DNA of 63,647 bases, the filler included, from Octopus bimaculoides (taxonomy: Eukaryota), in assembly GCF_001194135.2 (NCBI RefSeq). It is 10 parts of 9 records of this genome, joined end to end, with 100 filler letters (N's around TTAATTAATTAA, not from the genome) between each part and the next. Parts side by side here need not be neighbours in the genome. Positions count along the whole stretch, not along the records: positions 50,782 to 60,134 come from NC_069005.1; positions 60,235 to 62,091 come from NW_026422607.1; positions 62,192 to 63,647 come from NC_069003.1; 7 more parts are not named here. The stretch is one strand, 5' to 3'. The notes beneath the pieces are model-generated. The model saw only the letters and a list, made by a program, of their open reading frames with translations, did not search any database and was not told the DNA's origin. A program made the position numbers and the translations under genes. How positions within the stretch are numbered: position 1 is the first letter of the stretch; each line of letters starts with the position of its first letter. Positions 50,929 through 63,602 of this stretch are shown in pieces.

Positions 50929-51690
50929 CTTATTTACGATGTACACTCATAAACACTAATTTATATGTGCGTGTGTGAGCAAATGAATGGATTTTGTGTC
51001 GATTTCGAAGACGAATATTTTAGAGGCTTGATCATCAGAACTACCAGAGAACTACCTGTTTATTGGAATCATACACAGAATAAATGACTAAGCATTTCAA
51101 AGACACTTGTACACGGAATGTAATAATTCCTCTAACTATCAGCTCAGCAAATCTCAAACGCACACATATTACCGATACACACACATGTCGTAAGTAGCAC
51201 ATCTATCATCATAAATGTATGTATATGTATATAAACAACTCCATATAGATAGAGACCACAGAATAAAGCAAATACATATATATTTATGTATGTGTGTATG
51301 TGTGAGCGCTATACATACAAACATATATTCACACACCCATATGCATGTACACATAAAGACATCTTTACAGATGCATGTCCACAACATGAAAACGTAGCAC
51401 ACACATACACATGTACATGCACATTCAAAAACAAACACATACACACGCACAATAAGAGAAACACACATGTACAATGACACATATATATATATATATACAT
51501 ACACATATATACGAAGACATACAACGACACCAGTGCACCTGACCTGAACAGAAGCATATTAAGCATTTTCCTCTGTTAGCTGCACAAAGCGCGAGGGGGA
51601 GGGAGGGAGAGAGGGAGGAAGCGACACCGAGAGGAGAAGTGAGAGTGACATATAGATGATCAATAGTTCGCTTGATAGCAGGATAAACAG

Positions 51691-51731
<41 letters not shown>

Positions 51732-51930
51732 TGTAAGTTGATAGATAGTTAGATAGAAAGGTAGGTAAATAGATAAATAGATAGACAGACAGATAAGTAG
51801 GTAGATAGATAATCTATAAATAAATAGATAGGTAGATAGGTTGATACATGGATAGATAGATAGATAGCGAGAGAGAGAGAGAGAGAGATAAATAGAGAGA
51901 GAGAGAGAGAGAGAGAGAGACAAATAGATG

Positions 51931-51963
<33 letters not shown>

Positions 51964-53290
51964 ACAGACAGACGGCGGAAAGTAGATAGATTGCTAGATA
52001 GAAAGAACAGATAGAGCAAGATAAAATATATTTGCTAGCCACATACATATATGTATGTATGTGTGTGTATGTATGTAGGCAGGTACATGTATATATATGG
52101 ATGGATGGACGGATGAATGCATGAACAGATTTTCTCTTCTTTGCAAAAATGCTTGGGCAGCATTCACAACGGCATATCAATATTTAAGTAATTTTACTTT
52201 CATGCCAACAAATGCAATTTTGGAAGATGCAGAAGACATCAACCAGTCGAATGAGATAAGACGAGAGAGAGAGATAGAGAGACAGAAGAAAGAGAGAGAG
52301 TAAGGGAAGAAAAAGAAAGAGAGACCGAGAGAGATATATACACAAAACAGTAAACTCCTGTTCTTTTTTTTTTTTCCAGACCGGTATAAACAGAGACAAG
52401 GTCAGAAATACACACACACACACACACATTTATCACGACAGGCTTATGCACAGTTTTCTTCCAATTAAATTCTTCCCAAGAAGTTNNNNNNNNNNNNNNN
52501 NNNNNNNNNNNNNNNNNNNNNNNNNNNNNNNNNNNNNNNNNNNNNNNNNNNNNNNNNNNNNNNNNNNNNNNNNNNNNNNNNNNNNNNNNNNNNNNNNNNN
52601 NNNNNNNNNNNNNNNNNNNNNNNNNNNNNNNNNNNNNNNNNNNNNNNNNNNNNNNNNNNNNNNNNNNNNNNNNNNNNNNNNNNNNNNNNNNNNNNNNNNN
52701 NNNNNNNNNNNNNNNNNNNNNNNNNNNNNNNNNNNNNNNNNNNNNNNNNNNNNNNNNNNNNNNNNNNNNNNNNNNNNNNNNNNNNNNNNNNNNNNNNNNN
52801 NNNNNNNNNNNNNNNNNNNNNNNNNNNNNNNNNNNNNNNNNNNNNNNNNNNNNNNNNNNNNNNNNNNNNNNNNNNNNNNNNNNNNNNNNNNNNNNNNNNN
52901 NNNNNNNNNNNNNNNNNNNNNNNNNNNNNNNNNNNNNNNNNNNNNNNNNNNNNNNNNNNNNNNNNNNNNNNNNNNNNNNNNNNNNNNNNNNNNNNNNNNN
53001 NNNNNNNNNNNNNNNNNNNNNNNNNNNNNNNNNNNNNNNNNNNNNNNNNNNNNNNNNNNNNNNNNNNNNNNNNNNNNNNNNNNNNNNNNNNNNNNNNNNN
53101 NNNNNNNNNNNNNNNNNNNNNNNNNNNNNNNNNNNNNNNNNNNNNNNNNNNNNNNNNNNNNNNNNNNNNNNNNNNNNNNNNNNNNNNNNNNNNNNNNNNN
53201 NNNNNNNNNNNNNNNNNNNNNNNNNNNNNNNNNNNNNNNNNNNNNNNNNNNNNNNNNNNNNNNNNNNNNNNNNNNNNNNNNNNNNNNNNN

Positions 53291-53480
53291 ATTTATCCAT
53301 CCATCTATCAATCTATCTATCTATTTATCCATCCATCTATCAATCTATCTATCTATTTATCCATCCATCTATCAATCTATCTATCTATTTATCCATCCAT
53401 CTATCAATCTATCTATCTATCTATCCATCCATCTATCAATCTATCTATCTATTTATCCATCCATCTATCAATCTATCTAT
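53291..53480. repeat. Higher-order 32-bp repeat built from (TCTA)/(TCCA) units
   Basis: atttatccatccatctatcaatctatctatct repeated about 5 times. Confidence 0.85.
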
Positions 53481-53986
53481 CTATCTATCCATCTATCTAT
53501 CTATTTATCCATCTATCTATCTATTTATCCATCTATCTATCTATCCATCTATCTATCTATTTATCCATCTATCTATCTACCTACCTACCTACCTACCTAT
53601 CTATATCTATCTATCTATCTATCTATCTATCCATCTATCTATTCACATACATGTATGTATGTTGTATGTATGTATATATATACATATATATACATATACA
53701 CATATATATATATTGGTACACTCGCGCTCGCACACACACACACATATATCTGCTTTTTCTTGTGCTTGCACACCAAGACAATTTTAATGCTCCATGTATA
53801 AAATATGTCAAACCTGTCTCTGCGTGTGTCTGTAGGAGTAATACCGACAAGAGTTTGTTTACGCTCACACAAACACACATACGCGCACATCCAAACTTAT
53901 TCCCAGAAACTAGCATTGACATATATATATCCACGCACAACAGACACTCAAAAACATCCGAGTATATATCCATGCACACGACCATC

Positions 53987-54041
<55 letters not shown>

Positions 54042-55262
54042 ATATACACATGCAAGCATCTAAACACACGCACACACAAAACATCCAAGCATATCCACAC
54101 ACACATACACACTATAAGAACTCTAAGTCAAATATAATGACCACCATGCATTTCAACCTCCTCCTCTTACCTTCTCGGTCTCCCTCCTCCTTCCTCTCTC
54201 TTCTTTTGTGAACACCTCCTCCCTACCTCACTCTTCCTTCCGAGAGCTCTTGTTTCCATATCTTTATCTGCAACTGCCTCATCCTCACCCTCTCCCTCTC
54301 AACTTCATTTCTTTCTCTTTCTATCTCTCTCTCACTTTCTTTTACACTCCTTTCCCTCTTGTCTCCTCCCTCCAAATACTGGTCTCCACCGCCATCGTAC
54401 GTTTTCCTCCTCTGCGATCATTTGTTTACATTATTTCTCTCTCTCTGTATCTATCTATCTATCTATCTTTCCTCTCACCTTACCCCACTTCAACAATCAC
54501 TGCATACTCTACATCACCTCCTCTTCTTCAGTCACTATAATTCAATATTTCTTTTTCTTTCTCTATCACGCTCTTTATCACTCTCATTCTATCACTCACT
54601 CACTTTCTCTCTCTCTTTCTCACTTTCTTCCTCTTCTTCACCACTTTCAAGCGGAGACAGACGTATATGCATACATTTTGAAACTGTTTTATGCACTAAC
54701 GTTCCACACATACGTAAACACACACACACACACATATATATATAATACACATAAACACACGCACACATTGACATACAAACACACACGAACATATCTATGT
54801 ATTTGTTTCTCTCTTTCTCTCTTTCCTCTTCCTCTTTCTCTCTACATATATCTATATATAAATATATGTATTCTCACGCGCGCGTACACACACACACATG
54901 CATAAACCTACACATACACACAAAAACATATCTATCTATTTATCTATCTATCTCTTTTAGCGATCGCACACACACATACACATGCATACATAGAAGTAGG
55001 TACATTCTTTTTCTAATGTTGAATTATTCCACTTTCCATTAATGTCTTTTTCTCTTATTTCGTCTTTCGTACTCTCACTCACACCCCGTATACATATTCA
55101 ACTCACTCACTCTCTCTCTCTCTCTCTGTTCTGTCACCGTCTCTTTTACAGTTTTTAATAACTCCCGTGTCTTACTAAAATAATTGCAACCTCTCCCCCT
55201 CCCTTATATCTCTCTCATGATACATGTGACAGTAAGAGATATACAAGAGTGACGGAGGAGAT

Positions 55263-55318
<56 letters not shown>

Positions 55319-55611
55319 ATAACATGCATGTATACAACCCGATAATCACATGCAATTTGAGCAAACGCATACGGTTATACAATATATATTGTATATATAT
55401 ATATACATACAGATTACTACTACACAAGCACACGTTAAATACAGATACACCTATGTACTTATACACATACACACACGTGTGTGTGTATGTGCGCGCGTCT
55501 ATGTGTGTGTGTATCAATGAATAACAATTTACAGATGAAAGGACTCGATATTAGTTATAGAGCAAAATGTGGGTGTGTGTATATATATATATAGATGTGT
55601 GTGTGCGTGTG

Positions 55612-55669
<58 letters not shown>

Positions 55670-55724
55670 TTCATATCTGTCTGTCATTCTACCTGCCTAA
55701 CTACCTACTACCTGCCCGTACATA

Positions 55725-55757
<33 letters not shown>

Positions 55758-56477
55758 GTCTATCTATCTATCTATCTATCTATCTAGCTGTCTATCTATC
55801 GATCTATCTAGCTGTCTATCTATCAATCTACTCTATCTATCTATCAATCTACTCTATCTATCTATCTACCCATCCATCTACCTGTCTGTCGGTCTGTCTG
55901 TCTGTCTATCCATCCATTCTATCTAATTGTATGTATGTATGTACCTACACGTGTGTATGTGTATGTGTGCGTGCATCAATATTCTTTTGCTGCGTGAAGA
56001 AGAGCTGGAGCATACACACATACACACACGTCTAATATGCCTGATTATCATCCAATAATCACATGCAATTCAGCTATAAAGTGTATGTAACACAACTAAA
56101 GCATCTGCTCTCTCTCTCTCTCTCTCCCTCTCTCTCTCTTTCACACACACACACACACACACATATATACACACACACCACGTTGTCACAAAAGATAACC
56201 TTGAGTCCTTGAACGTTAGCACTATTGCACTGAAATAAATGGTAATCTGTGACTAGAAAGAATAGCTTGCAGTTTGAGAAAAATCGGATTGCCCACCAAA
56301 TTTGCGTAACGGAATGCTCAAAAACTGCAGGTTGTTGGGTATAGCAGATGCAGGGCCAGACTTATGTATGTGCCAACATAAGCCATAGTCCAGAGTGCTG
56401 AAAACATAAGTATCTCTTTAGCTCAGAGAAGCAGAAACAATAGAAAAGACATTTACGGCAATCAAATGAATAATTTG

Positions 56478-56882
56478 TACACGTTTTTACTCCTTTTATT
56501 CGTTTCAGTCACTAGAGTGCGGCCATGCTGGAGTAACGCCTCGAAAGATTTTTCGTCGAACGAATCGATCCCAGTACTTATTTATTTATTTTTTCTTGAA
56601 GCCTGATGCGTATTATATCGGCATTTCTTGCTGAACCGCTAAGTTACGGGGACGTAAACACACCAGTACCAGTTGTCAAGCGGTAGAGGGATGTGGGAGA
56701 AATACACACACAAACATACATATATATAAGAGGCTTCTTTCAGTTTCTGTCTACCAAATCTATTCACAAGGCTTTGGTCAGTCTGAGGTCATAGTAGAAG
56801 ATACCTGCCTAAGGTGCCACGCAGTGGGATTGAATCCGGAACTATGTGGTTGGGAAGCAAGCTTCTTACTACACAGTCACTC
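56478..56882 (-). mobile_element. SINE family A, full length
   Basis: Collinear with 58933-59311, including the internal microsatellite. Confidence 0.88.
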
Positions 56883-57279
56883 CCAATTTTTCAAAAATTT
56901 CAATTAAGTTCTTTGAAAATTATTGATTTCTCTTTTGATTTATTTCAGATCTAAAAAGCCATTAAATTTAACTGAGCCCTTCTGAATCTACCGAGGTCCT
57001 TATACATGTGTGTGTGTGTGTGTGTGTGTGAAACGATATCTCCTTAAACTGGAAACCCTTAAATATGTATTACCCCAACGAAGAAGAACAATCATACGAT
57101 ATCAATGTATAGTATAAGATAAACAACTAAACCACCTTAAACCCCAAAAAACAAGAAACAGTAGCGGGGATTCGAAACTGAATTCTTGGATAAGCAGCCA
57201 AACATCACAACCATTTCACCTGATCAGTCTAATAAGCAACCAATTAGTGTTAAGACAACGCGTGATTTAATCTTCCAGA

Positions 57280-57540
57280 ATTTTCTTGTGCCCTATAAAA
57301 GGCCGCTTCTGACGGTAATTAAATCCAGAATGTTGAGGGCAGCTGAGCGATATGTGCCTCCGTTCTTGTCACATCAGATGGTTCCAGATATTTGCGCAGA
57401 CATCTCCAGGTTCTTGGACAGACTGAGCTAAACATTCACACAATGTCTCATGAATAACTTGTTCGAACGCGGCGCGATTTTTCTTTGTCTCCCTAGTCTG
57501 TAGTTATTGTCGTCGATATCTGCACAAAGGCCAACGCAGT
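57280..57540 (-). mobile_element. Possible PIF/Harbinger transposase relic
   Basis: Minus translation QVIHETLCE...WNHLM*QERRHISLSCPQHSGFNYR resembles the Harbinger WNFPxCxGAxDGKHIxxxCPxxSGSxxFNYK motif; heavily decayed. Confidence 0.35.
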
Positions 57541-57695
57541 TTGTCTTTATGTGCGATAATAAAGTATTTCCGCTAAAGGCACCGTAGTGAATATGCGACT
57601 GTGTTTTATATTTTTCTTTTGTCATATCTTTTATTTAAAATTGAAATATTAATATTTCTAAGTCTCTCTAAAGGAGACTACAGCAGCGGTACTGG

Positions 57696-57855
57696 ATATT
57701 AATAGATATCGCCAAGCCAACAAATGGGTTATAACGGACACAAGTTTGTGTGTCACATAGCTAGCTAGAAGCGATGGCCTCTTGGAGCTAATCAACGGCA
57801 GCATTCGTCCTATTTTTTTGGACTGCCATGTTAGCTTGGCGATATCTATTAATAT
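57696..57855. mobile_element. 160-bp foldback MITE with 27-bp inverted repeats
   Basis: atattaatagatatcgccaagccaaca / tgttagcttggcgatatctattaatat, one mismatch. Confidence 0.8.
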
Positions 57856-58110
57856 TATTTAAAATTGTTTTTGCTATATTTCAGTATGAATTCTTTACAT
57901 TCGTTTGAAGTGGTAAAGTGTCTAGGAACATCAAATATTTCTTCTGAGTCCGGTCATCTGAATAAAGTACTTTCTAGATAAAAAGTAGAACTCGCAGGAA
58001 AAACGAAAAGCCAAAACAATACTTTAGGATAAAACTAGGCCATAGTCTTTTGGTGACATCTTTTGAAAGAAAGCCTGCTTTATCCACGCAGTCAAACACA
58101 CGCAGAAATA

Positions 58111-58524
58111 TACTCTTTTACTTGTTTCAGTCATTTGACTGCGGCCATGCTGGAGCACCGCCTTTAGTCGAGCAAATCGACCCCAGGACGTATTCTTTGT
58201 AAGCCTAGTACTTATTCTATTGGTCTCTTTTGCCGAACCGCTAAGTTACGGGGACATAAACACGCCACCATCGGTTGTCAAGCGTAACACAGTGTGACAA
58301 GGCTGACCCTTTGAATTACAGGCACAACAGAAACAGGAAGTAAGAGTGAGAGAAAGTTGTGGTGGAAGAGTACAGCAGGGTTCGCCACCATCCCCTGTCG
58401 GAGCCTCGTGGAGCTTTTAGGTGTTTTCGCTCAATAAACACTCACAACGCCCGATCTGGGAATCGAAACCGCGATCCTATGACCACGAGTCCGCTGCCCT
58501 AACCACTGGGCCATTGCGCCTCCA
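58111..58524 (-). mobile_element. Chimeric SINE: family C 5' part joined to family A 3' half
   Basis: C head at 58524 continues to ~58285, then switches at a cgct microhomology (58281-58284) into family A 3' sequence. Confidence 0.8.
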
Positions 58525-58932
58525 CCATTGGAGACCAAGCAGGAAGAAAAACTAAACCCCTAAAATGATAGACCAACACAATAGCATCAATGGCCATCCA
58601 ACAGCTGGGAGTAAGAGACTTCTTGGTCGTTGTTTAGACATTTCTTTAGGAGAAGGAAATTTCAAAATAACATCCGCCTCATTGCAAAGCCAGAAACCTT
58701 GGCCTTGGTTTTTTTCTGATCTACTTGACTGAGTTTTGCGATGTTGTGCAAGCTGTTATTTACTTAACTAATTTTAAATTTCAGTACGGGCATTGCTAGG
58801 AGCCGTTGTCTTTACCAATCCAGGATAAGATAATTAGTCAGCTATTGTCTTTAACATCCAAGATAAGACGATCGTCTTATAAGGTGATAGTCATAGACAT
58901 CTACGAGTTGACAGCCACTATGTATACTGTTT

Positions 58933-59311
58933 TACTCTTTTACTTGTATCAGTCATTTGATTGCGGCCATGCTGGAGCACCGCCTTTAGTCGAGAAAATC
59001 GACCCCAGGACTTATTCTTTGGATGCCTAGTACTTATTATATTGGTCTTTTTTTTGCCGAACCGCTAAGTTACGGGGACGTGAACACACTAGCATCGGTT
59101 GTGAAGCAATGTTGGGGGGATAAACACAGACACACAAACACACATATACACATATATACGACGGGCTTCTTTCAGTTTCCCGTCTACTAAATCCACTCAC
59201 AAGGCTTTGGTCGGCCCGAGGCTATAGTAGAAGACACTTGCCCAAGGTACCACGCAGTGGGACTGAACCTGGAACCATGGTTGGTAAGCAAGCTACTTAC
59301 CACACAGCCAC
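58933..59311 (-). mobile_element. SINE family A, most intact copy
   Basis: Minus: gtggctgtgtggtaagtagcttgc (A-box-like), ggttccaggttcagtccc (B-box-like), internal (TA)/(TG) microsatellite, 3' aaatgactgatacaagtaaaagagta tail. Confidence 0.92.
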
Positions 59312-59691
59312 ATATTTATATGAATGGGTGTAAGTTTATTAAGATAAAAATATATCCTCCAGAGACAAATGAAAATACATCTCGATGCAAACTCAAATGG
59401 AGAAGGCAAACTTTAAAAATATATATCTTTACCGTTTGAGTCACAGCATCCAATGTTTTTTAAAAATTTCCTACACGGATATAGTTTTGCATGCTAATTA
59501 CGAATATTGCATCTATGTTTTAAAGAAGGTTAGAAACCTGCAAAGGTAAAAATATTTTCTAATTTTCCTCCAATCAGAAACCTCCATTTCCGTCAAACCT
59601 GAAATCACAACTGCTTTGTGTTAACGATCTTAGGAGGAGCGCCATGTTATTTTTTTTATATAAATAAAATAACAACATTAAGGTTGCGAAT

Positions 59692-59880
59692 TAAGTTTAG
59701 TGTTAGAGTTTAGGGTTTAAGATTAGAGTTGGGATTTAGAGTTAGGGTTAAGTGTTAGTGTTTAAGGTCAGGTATTGAGGTTTATGAATTAGGATTAGAG
59801 TTAGATTTAAGGCTTAGGGCTAGGGTTTAGTTTTAGGGAACATGGTTATGGGTTGAGGCTTAACGTTAAAAGTTTAGGGT
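59692..59880 (+). repeat. Degenerate TTAGGG-like tract
   Basis: ttaggg, ttagag, ttagtg, ctaggg and tttagg units over ~190 bp. Confidence 0.75.
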
Positions 59881-59886
59881 CTAGAG

Positions 59887-60134
59887 CAGTGGTTCTCAAC
59901 CGGGGTCCTTGTAAGACTTGGGGGGGGGGGTCTACGCAAGTAAAATAGTAAATTGGGGGTCCACGGTACAATTTTAAGTGTACATGAAAAAAGAAAATGC
60001 TACTTTGGATGTTTATTACAAGAAAGAGTTTGGATTCTTTCTCTTACATTTTACATAGTTCAACCTATATAAAGTTAATGTGTGAAAGACAATATAGGAA
60101 TTTTGAAAGAAATATTTTTAAAAATCGTTTTTTA
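59887..60134 (+). mobile_element. hAT-type MITE, 5' part (3' end in gap)
   Basis: gtctagag|cagtggttctcaaccggggtcc; the flank fits the NTCTAGAN target preference of Charlie-type hATs. Confidence 0.8.
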
Positions 60135-60245
60135 NNNNNNNNNNNNNNNNNNNNNNNNNNNNNNNNNNNNNNNNNNNNTTAATTAATTAANNNNNNNNNN
60201 NNNNNNNNNNNNNNNNNNNNNNNNNNNNNNNNNNTGATGATGATA

Positions 60246-60282
<37 letters not shown>

Positions 60283-60283
<1 letters not shown>

Positions 60284-62091
60284 AGGAAACGAGTGGAGCC
60301 TCATGGGCTGATTAATGATACATCTTGTGATGTTGTCACAATAAAAACATTGGTAAATGTGCAACCTGATAATCACTACCTCATATGAGTGACAATGAAA
60401 ACACAGAATATTGTGAATAACGGTGGTAATGAAACTGTAGCCAATGATGGTGACTCTGTTACACCCGATAGGCTCGGAGATTCTGGTCCGACTCCAGTCT
60501 GTCGATATCCAGAAAGGAACCACCACACAAGGCGTAGATGGAGCAAGCAAATTAATGCTGTGGTAATGGAGTGTTACTACCTGAGCAGCCCGGTAGATGA
60601 AAATGGTGCTCAAATTTGGGGTTACCGGCAACGCATGTATGATCATTGGAGAGAAAAGGGATTGTTTCAACTCACGGAACAGAGTCTATGTGATCAAGCT
60701 AGATCAATAAGAAAAAATTGTTGATTAACAGAAGTAGAGCTCGAAGCTATCAAAAGACGCGTCATGGAAAATAGCAGCAGAGATAACAATGAAAATACAG
60801 TTCTTACTAATAAGAGTAATCTCATAGCGCAGGAAAGAAGCAGTGGTAGTTTACTTGATGAGAGATATATAGATGATATAACAGAAGACAATAAAACTAA
60901 TGGCGATATGACAGATGAACAAAAGTCAATCTACGACAGAATAAAGGTTAGACTACAGGGGAACGATAGCGACATTATTTGCAACCTTAAAAAGGTTGTT
61001 CGATGGAAATTGAACCAAGAAACGAAAAATGTCAATGAAATTCTGAAATACATCAGAACAAACAACATCACAGAAACAAATAATTTAATCAAGGCAGCAA
61101 GTATTGTTGTACCAGAAAACATGGGTGTTGATGACAAGAAAAAGAAATATAATGGGAGTGACAAAAAAGATCCATGGTCGAAAAGAAGAATCCAGACAGG
61201 GTTAGACATGCACTCGTAGGAAATCTGTGTTAGACCGAAAAGAGAAAGGGGAGCTTAAAAGCGAACAAAAATACAGGGCGCTGAAAAGGGAGTATAATAT
61301 TGAAAGAAAGGGCCTGAAAGTAGTAGTGGAGGAACTGAAACAGCGCCTCGTTGCAAAGATTTTAAGATACGACCAAAGAATGAAGGGTTACTACCAGAAT
61401 AGGTTATTCAAAGTAGAACAGAAGAGATTTTATAAAGAAATAAATGGAGAGTGTACGAATGAAAAATTGCTACTAGATAACATTGAAAGTCAAAGGTACT
61501 GGAGTGACATCTGGAGTAAAGACAAGGAGCACAAAATGATGCTGAATGGTTGCAAGAATTGAAACAAACAGTAGTCTGTCCAAAACAGGCACAACTAGTC
61601 ATTTCAGTTAGGGAAGTGAAGGAAATCAGCAAAAAGATGAGCAACTGGAAGGCCCTAGGACCAGACGGAGTTCAAGGCTACTGGATCAAGAGATTTGGTG
61701 AATGTCATGCACGAATAGCTGCACAACTCAACACCTTGTTAAATGCCGACCAAGTAACACTGAAAAACATTGAAAAAGGCAATACGGTAGACAATTATAG
61801 GCCGATATCCTGTTTGCCACTTATGTGGAAGTTATTGACTGGAATACTCGCAGAGTGAATGTACGAACATCTGGAAAAAAAGAATTCTTGCCACATGAGC
61901 AGAAGGGTTGCAAGCGTAAGTGCAGAGGCGCCAAGGATAGACAAAACTGTACTTATGATAAACAAATCTGCTGATAGACAAAACTGTACTTAGAGACTGC
62001 AAGAAGAGGAAAAGTAACTTAGCCATGTCATGGATGGACTTTCGTAAGGCGTACGATATGATCCCACGTTCTTGGATTATGGAGTGTATGA
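60283..62091 (+). pseudogene. Decayed R4/Dong-clade (RLE-type) non-LTR retrotransposon, N-terminal region and start of RT
   Basis: RRRWSKQINAVVMECYY...GYRQRMYDHWREKGLFQLTEQSLCDQARSIRKN; EELKQRL...RYDQR..YYQNRLF; MSNWKALGPDGVQGYWIK; NYRPISCLPLMWKLLTG; EQKGC; WMDFRKAYDMIPRSWI; stops and frameshifts; truncated by gap. Confidence 0.92.
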
Positions 62092-62191
62092 NNNNNNNNN
62101 NNNNNNNNNNNNNNNNNNNNNNNNNNNNNNNNNNNTTAATTAATTAANNNNNNNNNNNNNNNNNNNNNNNNNNNNNNNNNNNNNNNNNNNN

Positions 62192-62329
62192 GGGTTTCTT
62201 TCAGTTTCCGTCTACCAAATCCACTCAAAAGGCTTTGGTCGGCCCGAGGCTACAGTTGAAGTTTCTGGCCGAGGGTGCTAGACAGAGGAACTGAACCCGG
62301 AATCATGTGGTTGGGAAGCAAACTTCTTA

Positions 62330-62335
<6 letters not shown>
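62192..62335 (-). mobile_element. SINE family A head
   Basis: tttctttcagtttccgtctaccaaatccactc...actgaacccggaatcatgtggttgggaagcaaacttcttaccacac. Confidence 0.85.
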
Positions 62336-62379
<44 letters not shown>

Positions 62380-63081
62380 CTGCGCCCATATCAACTATAC
62401 TTACTACTAACAATAACCAAATCAATTCCGCTTATTAATAGCAATTATACGACTTAATAACAACTTTAACAATTAGTCACTAATAAAAAAAGTCTATCAA
62501 CTACACTTACAATACCTGTATCAATTGTACGAACTACACTTATCAGTACGAACTACACTTATAACAAATACACTTACAACAAAGGTCATCACAGTAGATC
62601 AACACAAAGAAATAACAATAATAATTACTACAAATAAAATGGAATACATGTGGACGTTTAACGTGCTAGAAACAGCAGCTAAATTTTTCTCGGATCAAAC
62701 GTTTGTTATATCAATAAAATTACACATGGTTCAGAATTACATGATGCATTGACTGAAATAATAAATACAGACAGTATGGTCCTGGTTGGAAGGTCTTCGG
62801 TCCTAGTTCCGCCTTTATGTACTTGGGATTAACAACATTCCCACAATATCAACGCTAGAAAATATTTACATAGATGGCCATAGTTGGACTAACTTCGATC
62901 GTGGATTTGTTCGGTTATGGCCGACATAGGTTAAACACCATCAACAACAATATCAACAACAATATCAACAACGCCAACAATAGTAACAACAACAGCAACA
63001 ATAAGGATGCTACCATTCAAAGAACATAAATATTTCTTAACTAGAAAATTCTTTTATATGATGAAAAAACGAGAAGGGCGA

Positions 63082-63098
63082 ACTTACCTGTTTCCCTG
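63082..63098 (-). other. Consensus splice donor CAG|GTAAGT, possibly closing an 8-nt microexon (63088-63095) or a longer exon
   Basis: Minus: cattccag|GGAAACAG|gtaagt. Confidence 0.25.
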
Positions 63099-63137
63099 GA
63101 ATGATTTATCACAACAGTAGAAACATAACTTAACTAT

Positions 63138-63172
<35 letters not shown>

Positions 63173-63452
63173 AGTATGTATGTGTAGGTGTGTGTGTGTG
63201 TGTAACTGTGTGTGTGTGTGTAACTGTGTGTGTGTGTAACTGTGTGTGTGTGTAACTGTGTGTGGGTGTGCGGGCGTGTGTGTAATATACAATGTGTAGT
63301 TTGTTGATATCAGATCAGAAAAATCAATATGTGTTAAAAACTTATATTCACCATATGTATATATAAATGTATGTATGCATGTATGTATGTCTATATATAT
63401 ATATATATATTTGTATATAAATATATGTATTTATATTTGCATTATATATAAG

Positions 63453-63489
<37 letters not shown>

Positions 63490-63602
63490 ATGTGTGTATG
63501 TGTGTACCTGCATATGTATATATATGTGTGTGTGTGCGTGTGTATCTATATATGTATATATGTATATATATATATATATATATATCTGTGTTCGTATCTG
63601 TA

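Noticed and set aside
58440-58524. tRNA-like sequences (also at 8200-8276 and 59240-59311)
   Set aside because: They are SINE heads continuing into SINE bodies, not tRNA genes
63088-63135. Minus-strand LCFYCCDKSFQGN, resembling a C2H2 finger start
   Set aside because: Cys spacing is wrong and there is no His pair
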